Of a DNA stretch of 64,000 nt, positions 10,797 through 19,853 are shown in pieces. The position numbers were made by a program, and so were the translations under genes. Position 1 is the first letter of the stretch; the number at the start of each line of letters is the position of its first letter. Location of the stretch: the IMG/VR virus record IMGVR_UViG_3300017917_001342, positions 248,001 to 312,000 of that record; one strand, written 5' to 3'. The notes under the pieces are model-generated. The model saw only the letters and a list, made by a program, of their open reading frames with translations, did no database searches and was not told the origin of the DNA.

Positions 10797-12986
10797 TTAT
10801 TGTGGTACTTCGTCATCCATACCAGCAGTAAGCATGTTAAACGTATAGGTTGTGTCTACGGCATCAATATAGTCTACCAGTGCTGAAAGTTTTTCTTCGG
10901 TCATTGATTTACTGTAATAGCTAATACCGTAGTCAATATGCTTGAGCATGGAATATTTCTTACCGATGAATTCTGCCAGTATCACACGATCGCTGTTGAA
11001 TGTGGGTTCTTCAACCTTTACGCTAAAGTATCTGCAAAGATCTGTGATCATTGATGTGTTAGACGATCGCGAACTGCGAAGATGAATTAGATCGCTGAAG
11101 AATTTAATAAAATCGCTGTCTTTGTATTTCAAACGCTGTGATAGCGAATGAAACGAACCACCAGTTAGATTGTTGACAACTGAACTACCAATGGTTTTTC
11201 CAACTACTGTTTCAATTGCAGTGAGTTCAACGTTCTTAGCAATGCTGTTTAGATATTCTGAGTCTGTCGACAACCGAACAGCATGCGATTTTAGAAAATG
11301 TCCAAGGTGTACCCAATGAGCATTGCCTTTGACATTTTCCAAGTTCTTGCCACGAATACCATAGACTTTGATATTATTGGGAATCAGCTTCAATGTTTTT
11401 GCATGTTCCAAAACACGTTGAACGCCACCAACTGATGACGGGTGTTCACGTGTTACAATCACTTCCCACCCGTGCATAGGCAAGTAATAACAAATGTTTG
11501 TTTCAGACGCGATCACTTCGCTCGCCGGCGTCCAAGCTTTTTTACCACCGTCGACTTTGCAGTTCATCAGCCAAACTTCTGGCGGCTTAGTTCGAGTCTT
11601 CTTTTCCGGTGCAGCAAGTTCGCTGGTCAGCATATACTTGGGATGACCAAGCAGATTCAAAATAGTGTTCATGTCATCGTTATGCTTGAACACAACAATG
11701 TGATTTTTCAACAGTTTGGCAACATGATATTCTTTGACACGAGTGTGACTACCGCGTTTGGTATCATCAAACATAATAACAGTGTTTTCGGAACAGTTGA
11801 TATGCGGTTTAAGTGTTGCGTTTGCTGACTTTTTATCAATTGAAAATACACGGACCCCAAGCGAATCGTTTGAAATTCGATTAGCTGTTGCCAAATCTGC
11901 CAGATTAAGAATAAAGCTTTGGCTTTTGATTACTTCACCGCTGTGAACCGGCTTGTCATAGTCGTTATAGATTTTGCTAAACACAGAACCAAGGTCTTTG
12001 TCGTTAAACACTGCACCGTAGGCCTTACGTGCTTCCCAACGTGTGGGTTTGGATTCAACTGCATCCCACAGTGTGTGTTTGAGATCATTAACAACTGAAA
12101 TCAAACGATTGACAATGTTTGTGCTAGTGCGAGCATCATAGCCAATGCTTTCACGGCTAGCAGCCACTTCAAGATCGCCGATGTCAAATTCAATAACCAA
12201 CGGCAATTCGTTCATAGAATAGATAATGTCGATTTGATCCTGTGCAATAGCAGCCAAATCAATGCTATAGACATTGATTGGATATAGCACACCGCCCATC
12301 AGTGCCTGGAGAGATTCACCGTTCCAAAACCGCTTGCTCCAGATACGCCATCCTTTACCTGTGTAAGCAGCCGGTGTCATGAGTACATAGCTGATAGCAG
12401 TACCAGTTTGCACAGGCTTTTGATCAAACCATTGCAGAACTTCGACGGCTTTTGCTGCCCAGCGATTGATATCGCCGTACTTTACGTTGAATTTAACCGT
12501 AACACCGCTGTCGCTGCTAAACCCGCTGCCGACTGTTTCTACTCGCGGTGTATCTGTTGCGTCAAAATACATACGGTATTGAGTTGCAATACCTTTGTGC
12601 CGGCTGGTAACAAAAAACTCATTGGTATAGCTGAACGGACTCTTGCTGCCAAGTCCAAGCTGACCTACGTAGTCATTGCTAGAAGTTTTGGTGCTGGCGA
12701 AATACCGAGTGTAGATAGCATGTACATCTGCGTCGCTCATGCCAGTACCGTAATCAGTGATACTAAACCACTGTTCGTCAACAGTTGGCAAATGCATTTC
12801 CCAGGGATTTGTGTTTTTAGCTGCAACATGACTGTCGCGAGCATTACAGCTCAGTTCTCGAATCACTGCGCGAATCTTGTCGCTATACAAGCCGTCGCTA
12901 AGAATGCGGAAAGCTTTGCCTGTAGCAGCAATAGTAAATGCATCACCTTTGCCGGCAACGGTTGCAACGGTATCATTGATCTTCAT
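10797..12986 (-). CDS. rIIA: rIIA-like protein (N-terminal GHKL ATPase)
   Basis: LYSDKIRAVIRELSCNARDSH, DYGTGMS, STK, GQLGLGSKSPFSY. Confidence 0.8.
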   Translation of the reverse strand: MKINDTVATVAGKGDAFTIAATGKAFRILSDGLYSDKIRAVIRELSCNARDSHVAAKNTNPWEMHLPTVDEQWFSITDYGTGMSDADVHAIYTRYFASTKTSSNDYVGQLGLGSKSPFSYTNEFFVTSRHKGIATQYRMYFDATDTPRVETVGSGFSSDSGVTVKFNVKYGDINRWAAKAVEVLQWFDQKPVQTGTAISYVLMTPAAYTGKGWRIWSKRFWNGESLQALMGGVLYPINVYSIDLAAIAQDQIDIIYSMNELPLVIEFDIGDLEVAASRESIGYDARTSTNIVNRLISVVNDLKHTLWDAVESKPTRWEARKAYGAVFNDKDLGSVFSKIYNDYDKPVHSGEVIKSQSFILNLADLATANRISNDSLGVRVFSIDKKSANATLKPHINCSENTVIMFDDTKRGSHTRVKEYHVAKLLKNHIVVFKHNDDMNTILNLLGHPKYMLTSELAAPEKKTRTKPPEVWLMNCKVDGGKKAWTPASEVIASETNICYYLPMHGWEVIVTREHPSSVGGVQRVLEHAKTLKLIPNNIKVYGIRGKNLENVKGNAHWVHLGHFLKSHAVRLSTDSEYLNSIAKNVELTAIETVVGKTIGSSVVNNLTGGSFHSLSQRLKYKDSDFIKFFSDLIHLRSSRSSNTSMITDLCRYFSVKVEEPTFNSDRVILAEFIGKKYSMLKHIDYGISYYSKSMTEEKLSALVDYIDAVDTTYTFNMLTAGMDDEVPQ

Positions 12987-13013
12987 GGGTATCTCCAGCG
13001 ATGTTATGCCTGT

Positions 13014-13042
13014 TACATAACATACATTACGTTGGTTGTCAA
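13014..13042 (-). promoter_or_regulatory. Sigma70-type early promoter
   Basis: TTGACA-17-TATGTA. Confidence 0.65.
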
Positions 13043-13088
13043 CACAAAATCTATATTGTAATCAATTGATTTTACTTGAAACTTTAAA

Positions 13089-13658
13089 TTAAAACGGTGG
13101 TTTTGTTACTGGTCCGTGCCACACACACTGTTCTTTACTGTTAGCTAAGGTGTTACATTCGGACTGATAATAAGTTCTAACATATGCTGCACTACCGCCG
13201 GGAAAGTATTGGATAATTCCAATTACATAAAGATACAGCGGCAAGGTGAAAATCGGTGTCCAAAACCAAAACAAACCTTTTTTCCATCGTGATCCAAACG
13301 ACATAAATCCAATTGCAGACACAATTGCAATACCAAACATTGCAAACAGTACAAAACCAAAGACTGTATCATGTGTTGCAGCACCGTCAAACACCATGTG
13401 AATTCCGGTGTCGGTTGAATTAGTTGGTACATAATAATGGCCGGCATTAAACTCTTGTGTATAATTGAGTTTATAGTGACCAAGTTTCAAATAGATAAGG
13501 CCCCAGCCTACCCATAGCCAAATGCCTAGTGCAGCACCTATTGCCTCAGTGATAGTAAGCACTGTTGTAATAATGACAACAGTAATAATAAATTTCAAAA
13601 TTGAGTCTAGAGTGCTGTCTTTTTCTTGAGACATGATGCAGTCCTTTTGTTTCGGCAT
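13089..13658 (-). CDS. Membrane protein
   Basis: Four hydrophobic segments. Confidence 0.65.
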   Translation of the reverse strand: MPKQKDCIMSQEKDSTLDSILKFIITVVIITTVLTITEAIGAALGIWLWVGWGLIYLKLGHYKLNYTQEFNAGHYYVPTNSTDTGIHMVFDGAATHDTVFGFVLFAMFGIAIVSAIGFMSFGSRWKKGLFWFWTPIFTLPLYLYVIGIIQYFPGGSAAYVRTYYQSECNTLANSKEQCVWHGPVTKPPF

Positions 13659-13662
13659 ACAT

Positions 13663-13691
13663 CACATAGCACCAAGCTAAGAAGCTGTCAA
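13663..13691 (-). promoter_or_regulatory. Sigma70-type early promoter
   Basis: TTGACA-17-TATGTG, TG extended -10. Confidence 0.65.
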
Positions 13692-13695
13692 GGTG

Positions 13696-13983
13696 TTATT
13701 GGTATTCTTCCCAACATTGTTGTTGTTGACCTGCGTAGTAGCCCCACTGATCATATACAGCAACCCATCTGCAAACAGTGATTATGCGATATGTTCGAAC
13801 TGGGGGCTCATAGTAACGCGGTGCTGGCTGGTACCGCGGTTGCTGACTCAGTGCATTGCCGATAATGATACCACTAACCAGAGGTAGTACCCAATCATTT
13901 CGATGATTATGATTGCCGCCGTCTGCCTGTGCAGCAGTTGCAATACTCAATGCAATTAACAGTGATGTAATAAATCTACGCAT
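13696..13983 (-). CDS. Small exported protein
   Basis: Signal peptide ending AQA; AGGA SD. Confidence 0.65.
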   Translation of the reverse strand: MRRFITSLLIALSIATAAQADGGNHNHRNDWVLPLVSGIIIGNALSQQPRYQPAPRYYEPPVRTYRIITVCRWVAVYDQWGYYAGQQQQCWEEYQ

Positions 13984-14002
13984 GATAGTTCCTTTATTGT
14001 AA

Positions 14003-14365
14003 TTAGTCTTGATTGCGGTTTAGGTGACTTAGCCATACCATTTCAAAAAGCATTCTGTCATCGTTAGTTAGTTTGACAAAAAATTTACCAAATGATTCAT
14101 TAGCTTCGCCGTTTTCGGAGTGTCTATATTTCCAATCCGTTGCATTGTCAAGACAACCACCCGCTATCAACTGATGTGTTTCTTTACAAAATATAAAATT
14201 TCTAGTGCAATTATGGCATAACCATGTGTCCATAGCATACTCTTCATCTTGAGACCAATTTTGGTCAAATGTGTATTGTATGTCAAATAGACCAATAATC
14301 CTGTGATCAGTTGTAACACCGGGATATTCTGTTATGAAAAATGGGAACAGTTTTTCGTTACTCAT
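14003..14365 (-). CDS. Paralogue-family small protein
   Basis: WLCHNC...DDRMLFEMVW. Confidence 0.65.
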   Translation of the reverse strand: MSNEKLFPFFITEYPGVTTDHRIIGLFDIQYTFDQNWSQDEEYAMDTWLCHNCTRNFIFCKETHQLIAGGCLDNATDWKYRHSENGEANESFGKFFVKLTNDDRMLFEMVWLSHLNRNQD

Positions 14366-14370
14366 TGCAC

Positions 14371-14640
14371 TTACCCCCAAGTTAATTTGAACAGTGCTGC
14401 ATCATCTTTGTCGTAGATACCTATATAAAATGCAGGATCACCAGAGTTTAGTCTAAACTCGCAATATGACGGTTCTTTGATATTTTCATCAAACCATGCT
14501 TGTAATGCATCTAGTTCTTTGTTAGTGCAATGCCTAGCATATATGATACAGTTCCACGATGGATCCCTTGCCTCGGTCCATTGGTTAATAGCCGACATGT
14601 AGTGCGGTTTACCATCGTCGTATCTGTATTCCCATTTCAT
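14371..14640 (-). CDS. Paralogue-family small protein
   Basis: WFDENI...DKDDAALFKLTWG. Confidence 0.7.
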   Translation of the reverse strand: MKWEYRYDDGKPHYMSAINQWTEARDPSWNCIIYARHCTNKELDALQAWFDENIKEPSYCEFRLNSGDPAFYIGIYDKDDAALFKLTWG

Positions 14641-14642
14641 AG

Positions 14643-15056
14643 TCAATCTCGTGTTAGCCTATAGTGCATCCATGCGCTGTTGAGTTCGTCTATCAGTGCA
14701 ATACCATCGTCGTCACATTCTAAAGTACAGCGTTCTAGTTTGAAACTGCTGCCTATTTGTTTAGATATAGTTTCCCTAAACTGTATTACATAGCTGGTAT
14801 AATTTTCTAACGTGTTGTCACTTAGCATTTCAGTCAACCAGTCCGGGTAATAGGTAGTAGACATTTGATCACCACGTGATGTGTTCGACTGCCATTTTAA
14901 TGTTATAGGGTTTTGTATCGCAGCAGATTCAAAAGCCAGTATGGGTATAAAATACTGCAACCACAGTTGATTAACGTCTGCTGACCATTTGATCCACGGC
15001 TTACCTTCGCCGACTGCATGTAATCTAAAAGGACCTACTTGATCAATCACGGACAT
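14643..15056 (-). CDS. Hypothetical protein (divergent family member)
   Basis: Ends WMHYRLTRD; overlaps neighbours. Confidence 0.6.
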   Translation of the reverse strand: MSVIDQVGPFRLHAVGEGKPWIKWSADVNQLWLQYFIPILAFESAAIQNPITLKWQSNTSRGDQMSTTYYPDWLTEMLSDNTLENYTSYVIQFRETISKQIGSSFKLERCTLECDDDGIALIDELNSAWMHYRLTRD

Positions 15057-15291
15057 TGTTATTCCACACTAGTTTGAACATGAACACATCGTTATTGTCG
15101 ATGAATTCTATGTTGGTTTGATTTTTTAATATACCAGTTTCGCTACCTGGTTCCACTTCTATTAGCGTAGATCTAAGTGTCCATCGCTGCGGTTCCGGTA
15201 ACGGTGGATTTGGCATCATAGCATCTAACCACTCGCCTATTTCACCTAGAGGTATAGTGCCGCCTAGTTTTACAACTTTTATATCTGTCAT
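15043..15291 (-). CDS. Paralogue-family small protein
   Basis: EWLDA...FIDNNDVFMFKLVW; ATGA overlap with upstream gene. Confidence 0.7.
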   Translation of the reverse strand: MTDIKVVKLGGTIPLGEIGEWLDAMMPNPPLPEPQRWTLRSTLIEVEPGSETGILKNQTNIEFIDNNDVFMFKLVWNNNVRD

Positions 15292-15626
15292 GCCCACCTC
15301 ATTAAAAATGCCATTGCATCAGCACGACTGCGAAATCTAAATTCGCCATGCAATTCACTAACAACTGTGAGATTGTGCGGCTTAGTTAAACGATAGGTCT
15401 TAACAGTGCAGTTTACCCACACTGTTTTTTTAAAATTAGGTATGTTGTCTTTGATCCATTCATACCTATCTCTATAATCGTTAACGTATTTGATACCAAC
15501 AGTTTCAGTCTTAACTGCATGCCGATTAAAAATTAAACTATACGTGTATCTCAACGGCCTGAATAGCCGATGTAACGCAGATGGTGCATTAGCCAGTGAT
15601 GTCACGATAGTCGAAATTTTCATCAT
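15288..15626 (-). CDS. Paralogue-family small protein
   Basis: EWIKDNI...FRFRSRADAMAFLMRWA; start uncertain. Confidence 0.7.
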   Translation of the reverse strand: MMKISTIVTSLANAPSALHRLFRPLRYTYSLIFNRHAVKTETVGIKYVNDYRDRYEWIKDNIPNFKKTVWVNCTVKTYRLTKPHNLTVVSELHGEFRFRSRADAMAFLMRWA

Positions 15627-15912
15627 ACTTTTCCCAGGTGTTGTTTTCGTAGTCCCAGTGTCGGTTATCATGAAAGTCGATGACCAATCCATACCCAAGA
15701 ATATCTAGATGCAGTCTAACACCGGCATGGTCTTGACCTCTAATAGCAGTGTCAAGAGTGATAGCAAACAGATCTGTCATTTGACCCCAGCGGCTAAATT
15801 GAACCTCTAGGTATTTGTGACCAAACAGATGTTTGTTGTAAACTATGTAATCTTTTTGTGGTTTGGGTTTTGATTTAAAATAGTTGATTATGGAGAAATG
15901 GATGTGAAACAT
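15589..15912 (-). CDS. Hypothetical phage protein
   Basis: DHAG...HDNRHWDYENNTW. Confidence 0.65.
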   Translation of the reverse strand: MFHIHFSIINYFKSKPKPQKDYIVYNKHLFGHKYLEVQFSRWGQMTDLFAITLDTAIRGQDHAGVRLHLDILGYGLVIDFHDNRHWDYENNTWEKYDENFDYRDITG

Positions 15913-15961
15913 GATAGCCGGCCATTATGCTGAATGTTTATTGAGTGTACAGTACGGGTTC

Positions 15962-16264
15962 TTATACGTCAAGTTTTATAGTAGTTGCGGGCCAATTCAT
16001 ACGAAACCACATTATGTCTTCTTGATTTTCAAACAGTACAAACCAATGGTCGCTAGGTGATGTTCTCACTGTGCTCATAAACCATCGCTTTGGCAAATTT
16101 TCAAGTGACAGGTCTTTTAGATCTGGTAAGTACCCAAGATTGGTTTCGCACCATTCAAATACATCATCTACATCACCTTGCGGTATGTTTAACAAGTGCC
16201 AACCGTTGTCTAACAATCGGTGCATTATTTTTTGTCGTAGCTGTATCAATGTGCCTATTCCCAT
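15962..16264 (-). CDS. Paralogue-family small protein
   Basis: EWCETNLG...FENQEDIMWFRMNW. Confidence 0.7.
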   Translation of the reverse strand: MGIGTLIQLRQKIMHRLLDNGWHLLNIPQGDVDDVFEWCETNLGYLPDLKDLSLENLPKRWFMSTVRTSPSDHWFVLFENQEDIMWFRMNWPATTIKLDV

Positions 16265-16680
16265 TAGTCTACCTGATACCATCCCAGTTCATACAGGTCT
16301 GAACGAATTTCGTCTGTGACTGTGCCTAGTTCCACTGTGTTGTTGTCGTTCATATAGAAGTCAAGATAACCTCCATATTCTCGCATATCTGCAACAACAC
16401 CACCGGCATAGCGCCAGCTACAACACCAAGTGTCGTTTTTCAAAATTGTTAACATATCTCTGCGTTGCCAAGTAGTATTACACAATGCTGCATAGAGATT
16501 CTGTGCATAGACATCATTCTTGACTTTTTCGCAAAGCGTATCGCTGGTACGCAGGTCGTACTCGAGATTATTCTCTTGCCATTCTGGATCAGTTTCGCGT
16601 TTACGAGTTGCTAAATTGATTTCCTTGTATATTTCAGTCAGCACATCGTATCGCTGTTCACTTGTGCGCAACTTGGTCAT
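16264..16680 (-). CDS. Hypothetical phage protein
   Basis: YAQNLYAALCN...SWRYAGGVVADMR; ATGA overlap. Confidence 0.7.
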   Translation of the reverse strand: MTKLRTSEQRYDVLTEIYKEINLATRKRETDPEWQENNLEYDLRTSDTLCEKVKNDVYAQNLYAALCNTTWQRRDMLTILKNDTWCCSWRYAGGVVADMREYGGYLDFYMNDNNTVELGTVTDEIRSDLYELGWYQVD

Positions 16681-16919
16681 TTCCATGTTAACCTATATTC
16701 AACCCAGGTAGGTTCATCCATAAATGCAATTATAACATCTACATACGAATAAGTTGTAGCTTCTGCGTAATGTTCGAATTCAATTTTACACCCACGGTCT
16801 TCTAGCCATTCTATTATATCTAGATACGGGCCGTATATTTCCTGCATCTTAGGTATGGTTAGATACTCGTGCTTATCTCGTGTAATTTTACCTATGTTTA
16901 CTCGTATCAATGTGTTCAT
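16677..16919 (-). CDS. Paralogue-family small protein (YRLxW subtype)
   Basis: WLEDRG...DEPTWVEYRLTWK; similar to 54312-54566. Confidence 0.7.
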   Translation of the reverse strand: MNTLIRVNIGKITRDKHEYLTIPKMQEIYGPYLDIIEWLEDRGCKIEFEHYAEATTYSYVDVIIAFMDEPTWVEYRLTWK

Positions 16920-17164
16920 GACCATGTTAATGTAAACAGTGCAAAATCTTCACGGTGTTTAAAATAAAAGTTAGAACCATCTTCCATCCAACGTATGGTT
17001 TTTGCCTTAGCAGTCATACTGGAGTAGTATTCTTTTTTACTCGAACCTTCTATACCAAAGTGTTCGTTGCACCAAGCAAGTACTATACTGTATGGAGTAT
17101 CTAACCGTTTAAAGCTAGCTACATAAAAAGAAACACCTGCAAAAATTGTTACAGTCTCGGCCAT
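16916..17164 (-). CDS. Paralogue-family small protein
   Basis: WCNEHFG...FKHREDFALFTLTWS; start uncertain. Confidence 0.65.
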   Translation of the reverse strand: MAETVTIFAGVSFYVASFKRLDTPYSIVLAWCNEHFGIEGSSKKEYYSSMTAKAKTIRWMEDGSNFYFKHREDFALFTLTWS

Positions 17165-17397
17165 CCGGTTAGATCTTCTGCACTTAGTATTATAAGCATA
17201 AGCTCTTCTTGACTAATGTCATTATCTTTACGACGATAGCTGCGATCTTTAACCCACTTTTTGTTATTGCCTTCAATTGTCAATACATAATCGCATTTTT
17301 GCATTAGTTTATGATCGTTATCACCAAATATCACGTACTTTGGTAAGTCGTAGTATTCAGCTACATGATCGTTTAAGATACCATAAAACTTTGTCAT
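17149..17397 (-). CDS. Hypothetical protein
   Basis: ATGA overlap, GAGGTG SD. Confidence 0.6.
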   Translation of the reverse strand: MTKFYGILNDHVAEYYDLPKYVIFGDNDHKLMQKCDYVLTIEGNNKKWVKDRSYRRKDNDISQEELMLIILSAEDLTGWPRL

Positions 17398-17555
17398 AGC
17401 CACCTCAATCTAAAAAACGTCCATGCTGCGTCTGTGTAAAACATAATAGTTTCCCAACCATTGTAAGACCAATCCGCTGGCTCTAAACTGTTGTCGCACC
17501 AAGATATAATTGTATACATAGGTGCTGCACCGTTGTATTGCCATTCAACTGTCAT
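17394..17555 (-). CDS. 53-aa minimal paralogue-family protein (not in ORF track)
   Basis: MTVEWQY...SWCDNSL...FYTDAAWTFFRLRWL; ATGA overlaps at both ends. Confidence 0.7.
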   Translation of the reverse strand: MTVEWQYNGAAPMYTIISWCDNSLEPADWSYNGWETIMFYTDAAWTFFRLRWL

Positions 17556-17932
17556 TGCCAACACATTTTAAATGCCAGTGCGTCTTCATTATTTGCAAAC
17601 CAAAAATCTGTATGACTGCATACCCAACTGCCGTTTTTAAGATTGTCGTAACACCAATCGAGTGCCTGCGAATACAAATCGTCTCGTCTACTTACTTTAA
17701 CGTGCAAATATCCGAGACTCGTTAGATATTCTGGATGATGGTAAACACGACGATTATATACTCGCAAGAAATATCTGTAATGGTCTTTGGTAAGTTTAAC
17801 ACGCCCGCGCCAGCCATTTTTTAACCCAAAAATACCAGCTGCTGGCCCAACCATTGGTTGAACACCTATAATTTCATGTGCAATGAGTGTTGGTAAAACA
17901 CGGCGAATTATTGGTAACAGTACAGAGTTCAT
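17552..17932 (-). CDS. Fusion of a major-capsid (gp23 Gol-region-like) fragment and the paralogue-family domain
   Basis: VLLPIIRRVLPTLIAHEIIGVQPMVGPAAGIF plus WCYDNL...FANNEDALAFKMCW. Confidence 0.75.
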   Translation of the reverse strand: MNSVLLPIIRRVLPTLIAHEIIGVQPMVGPAAGIFGLKNGWRGRVKLTKDHYRYFLRVYNRRVYHHPEYLTSLGYLHVKVSRRDDLYSQALDWCYDNLKNGSWVCSHTDFWFANNEDALAFKMCWQ

Positions 17933-18165
17933 TCCCACCTCAGAATCATATACATGCGATCTTCTTCATGCAAGAAGTTAAACTGTAGATCATTGGCATA
18001 CCATCTACGTGGCGGAATAGTATCGCAGAGACTTGGATCGCCGAACTGTTCAACTGCCCAGAGGTACATAGCTTTCCATTTCTCTTTGCGTTTGCTGTAC
18101 AGGCCCAAATCCGGCCTATACCGATAGTACGTATCGCCGTGCCTCTGAATTTCACCCGTTTGCAT
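17929..18165 (-). CDS. Paralogue-family small protein
   Basis: WAVEQFG...FLHEEDRMYMILRWE. Confidence 0.7.
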   Translation of the reverse strand: MQTGEIQRHGDTYYRYRPDLGLYSKRKEKWKAMYLWAVEQFGDPSLCDTIPPRRWYANDLQFNFLHEEDRMYMILRWE

Positions 18166-18166
18166 T

Positions 18167-18427
18167 TTATAGCCATATCAGTTTAAACAACACTACATCT
18201 TCGTCAAGTTCAAGTCGCACAAATCCCATACCAACCCAATAGCGACCGTGGCAGTTGAGTTCACACCAGTCAAACAGTCTAGCACGAGTCTCTTCTCTCA
18301 AAACTTTGCCATTGTCAATGGGATCTCGAATGAAGATCTGTGTACCAAGGGATTGATCAAACAGCAGTTTCTCCTTTGTAACAGTAGGTTCAACTGTGAG
18401 CAATCTTTTACTGTCAGTGTTTGTCAT
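18167..18427 (-). CDS. Paralogue-family small protein
   Basis: WCELNC...LELDEDVVLFKLIWL. Confidence 0.7.
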   Translation of the reverse strand: MTNTDSKRLLTVEPTVTKEKLLFDQSLGTQIFIRDPIDNGKVLREETRARLFDWCELNCHGRYWVGMGFVRLELDEDVVLFKLIWL

Positions 18428-18645
18428 TTAGACCACGTTAATGTAAATGCCAGTCGCTGTTCTTCTGTAACCCAATCCTCAAATTCGACCCAGAACGTAG
18501 TGCGACGACGAGCTCTAAAATTGAAATTGTTAGCAATTACCCAACCATTTCCGGCCATTCTACTTCTAGCTGTGCCTATGTTGGTGTCTAACCATGCAAT
18601 TAACTCGTCTTTGTCGCAATCGTTATTAAAGATATATTTGATCAT
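18424..18645 (-). CDS. Paralogue-family small protein
   Basis: WLDTNIG...EEQRLAFTLTWSK. Confidence 0.7.
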   Translation of the reverse strand: MIKYIFNNDCDKDELIAWLDTNIGTARSRMAGNGWVIANNFNFRARRRTTFWVEFEDWVTEEQRLAFTLTWSK

Positions 18646-18866
18646 CCCCAACGCATCCTGAACCACAGTGTGTCATCAGCTGATTCAAAGCAGAATTCAT
18701 TGTGATTTCGCGGCCATGCACTGATTGTACGAACATAGTATTGACCTAACATTTCATTGTCAACCCAATCTAAAACAGCAGTTAGCTCTGTTCTTGAACT
18801 CAGTGTAATTCTAACTGCGTTCCAATCTGCAATGTTGTCAGGCGGTAGAATTACACGTTTAGCCAT
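18642..18866 (-). CDS. Paralogue-family small protein
   Basis: WVDNEM...FESADDTLWFRMRWG. Confidence 0.7.
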   Translation of the reverse strand: MAKRVILPPDNIADWNAVRITLSSRTELTAVLDWVDNEMLGQYYVRTISAWPRNHNEFCFESADDTLWFRMRWG

Positions 18867-18869
18867 AGC

Positions 18870-19241
18870 TTACCAAGTTCTGTGTTGTTCTCGGATTGTT
18901 TCAATGCCATCATATTCGTCAATGTACCATTTGACATCATCTGGCACATCTGCAATACGCAGTTCTGCGTAATTGCCGCCCGCAGCAGCGCCTAGTTCTT
19001 CAACAGTTTGAACCAATGCAGGATCATCGCGATCAATATCGTAATAGGAGAAATAACGCTCATCTTCATCGGCAATATCGGCACGTTCCCAATGCGCACT
19101 GTGGTATTCCCATTCCTCTTTACCATACTGAGTCTGAGGTACCCAGATCAGTTCAATGCCTTTGATTTCGGCATAGCGTTTGACAGCAGCATCGCTGAGT
19201 CCAAAACCGCCAAAGCAGGAGTTTACAACAATTTTAGGCAT
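18870..19241 (-). CDS. Conserved hypothetical phage protein
   Basis: KIVVNSCFGGFGLS...RDDPALVQTVEELG...IDEYDGIE. Confidence 0.75.
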   Translation of the reverse strand: MPKIVVNSCFGGFGLSDAAVKRYAEIKGIELIWVPQTQYGKEEWEYHSAHWERADIADEDERYFSYYDIDRDDPALVQTVEELGAAAGGNYAELRIADVPDDVKWYIDEYDGIETIREQHRTW

Positions 19242-19253
19242 AGATACGTCCTT

Positions 19254-19643
19254 TCAAAGTTTTCTAAAATCAACACGTTCGCTGTAGTAGCCATTGCTAG
19301 TACCATACCAACGCAGATGCACACCACCTTTGATAGTGTGCAGTTTGTAATAGGTCCAAGTGTAGCTTTCGTCGTATTCGTTGCGAGGACCGTCGTGCTT
19401 TATCTGATGTTCAAGATTAGTAACTTCATCTGCAATCAGTATCGGCGAACCAACAAGATCGTCAAAATCACCGTTGTAATCTTCAAGCCATACAGATTCG
19501 CAGCAGCTTTGATCGTGGTACAACTGATAACGGTCACCGTCAACAGTTTCAAATTCGAGAATTTCTCGATCACTAGACAGTTCAACTCGTGACAAAGTTT
19601 TACCTACTAATTCGGAAATGTTGTGTTCGTCGTACCAGCCCAT
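19254..19643 (-). CDS. Conserved hypothetical phage protein
   Basis: HDQSCCESV, WTYY, WYGTSNGYYSE; AGGA SD. Confidence 0.75.
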   Translation of the reverse strand: MGWYDEHNISELVGKTLSRVELSSDREILEFETVDGDRYQLYHDQSCCESVWLEDYNGDFDDLVGSPILIADEVTNLEHQIKHDGPRNEYDESYTWTYYKLHTIKGGVHLRWYGTSNGYYSERVDFRKL

Positions 19644-19653
19644 GATTATTCCT

Positions 19654-19851
19654 TTACCAACTGTCGTAATCTGTAAAATCTTTCCATACACCAGACCCTT
19701 CATCTGTTTCTGCAAATGCAATAACAGTCTGTCCGATGTTTGTCTGTGTGACTTTTATTTCTATAGGAATGTTTCGAGGCCCGAGCGTATCAGCCCAGGC
19801 CGCCAAACGTCTAATGTCTTCAAGTCGCAATTTAACACTAGTATCTGTCAT
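19654..19851 (-). CDS. Hypothetical protein
   Basis: Fits operon packing; ends DFTDYDSW. Confidence 0.6.
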   Translation of the reverse strand: MTDTSVKLRLEDIRRLAAWADTLGPRNIPIEIKVTQTNIGQTVIAFAETDEGSGVWKDFTDYDSW

Positions 19852-19853
19852 AG

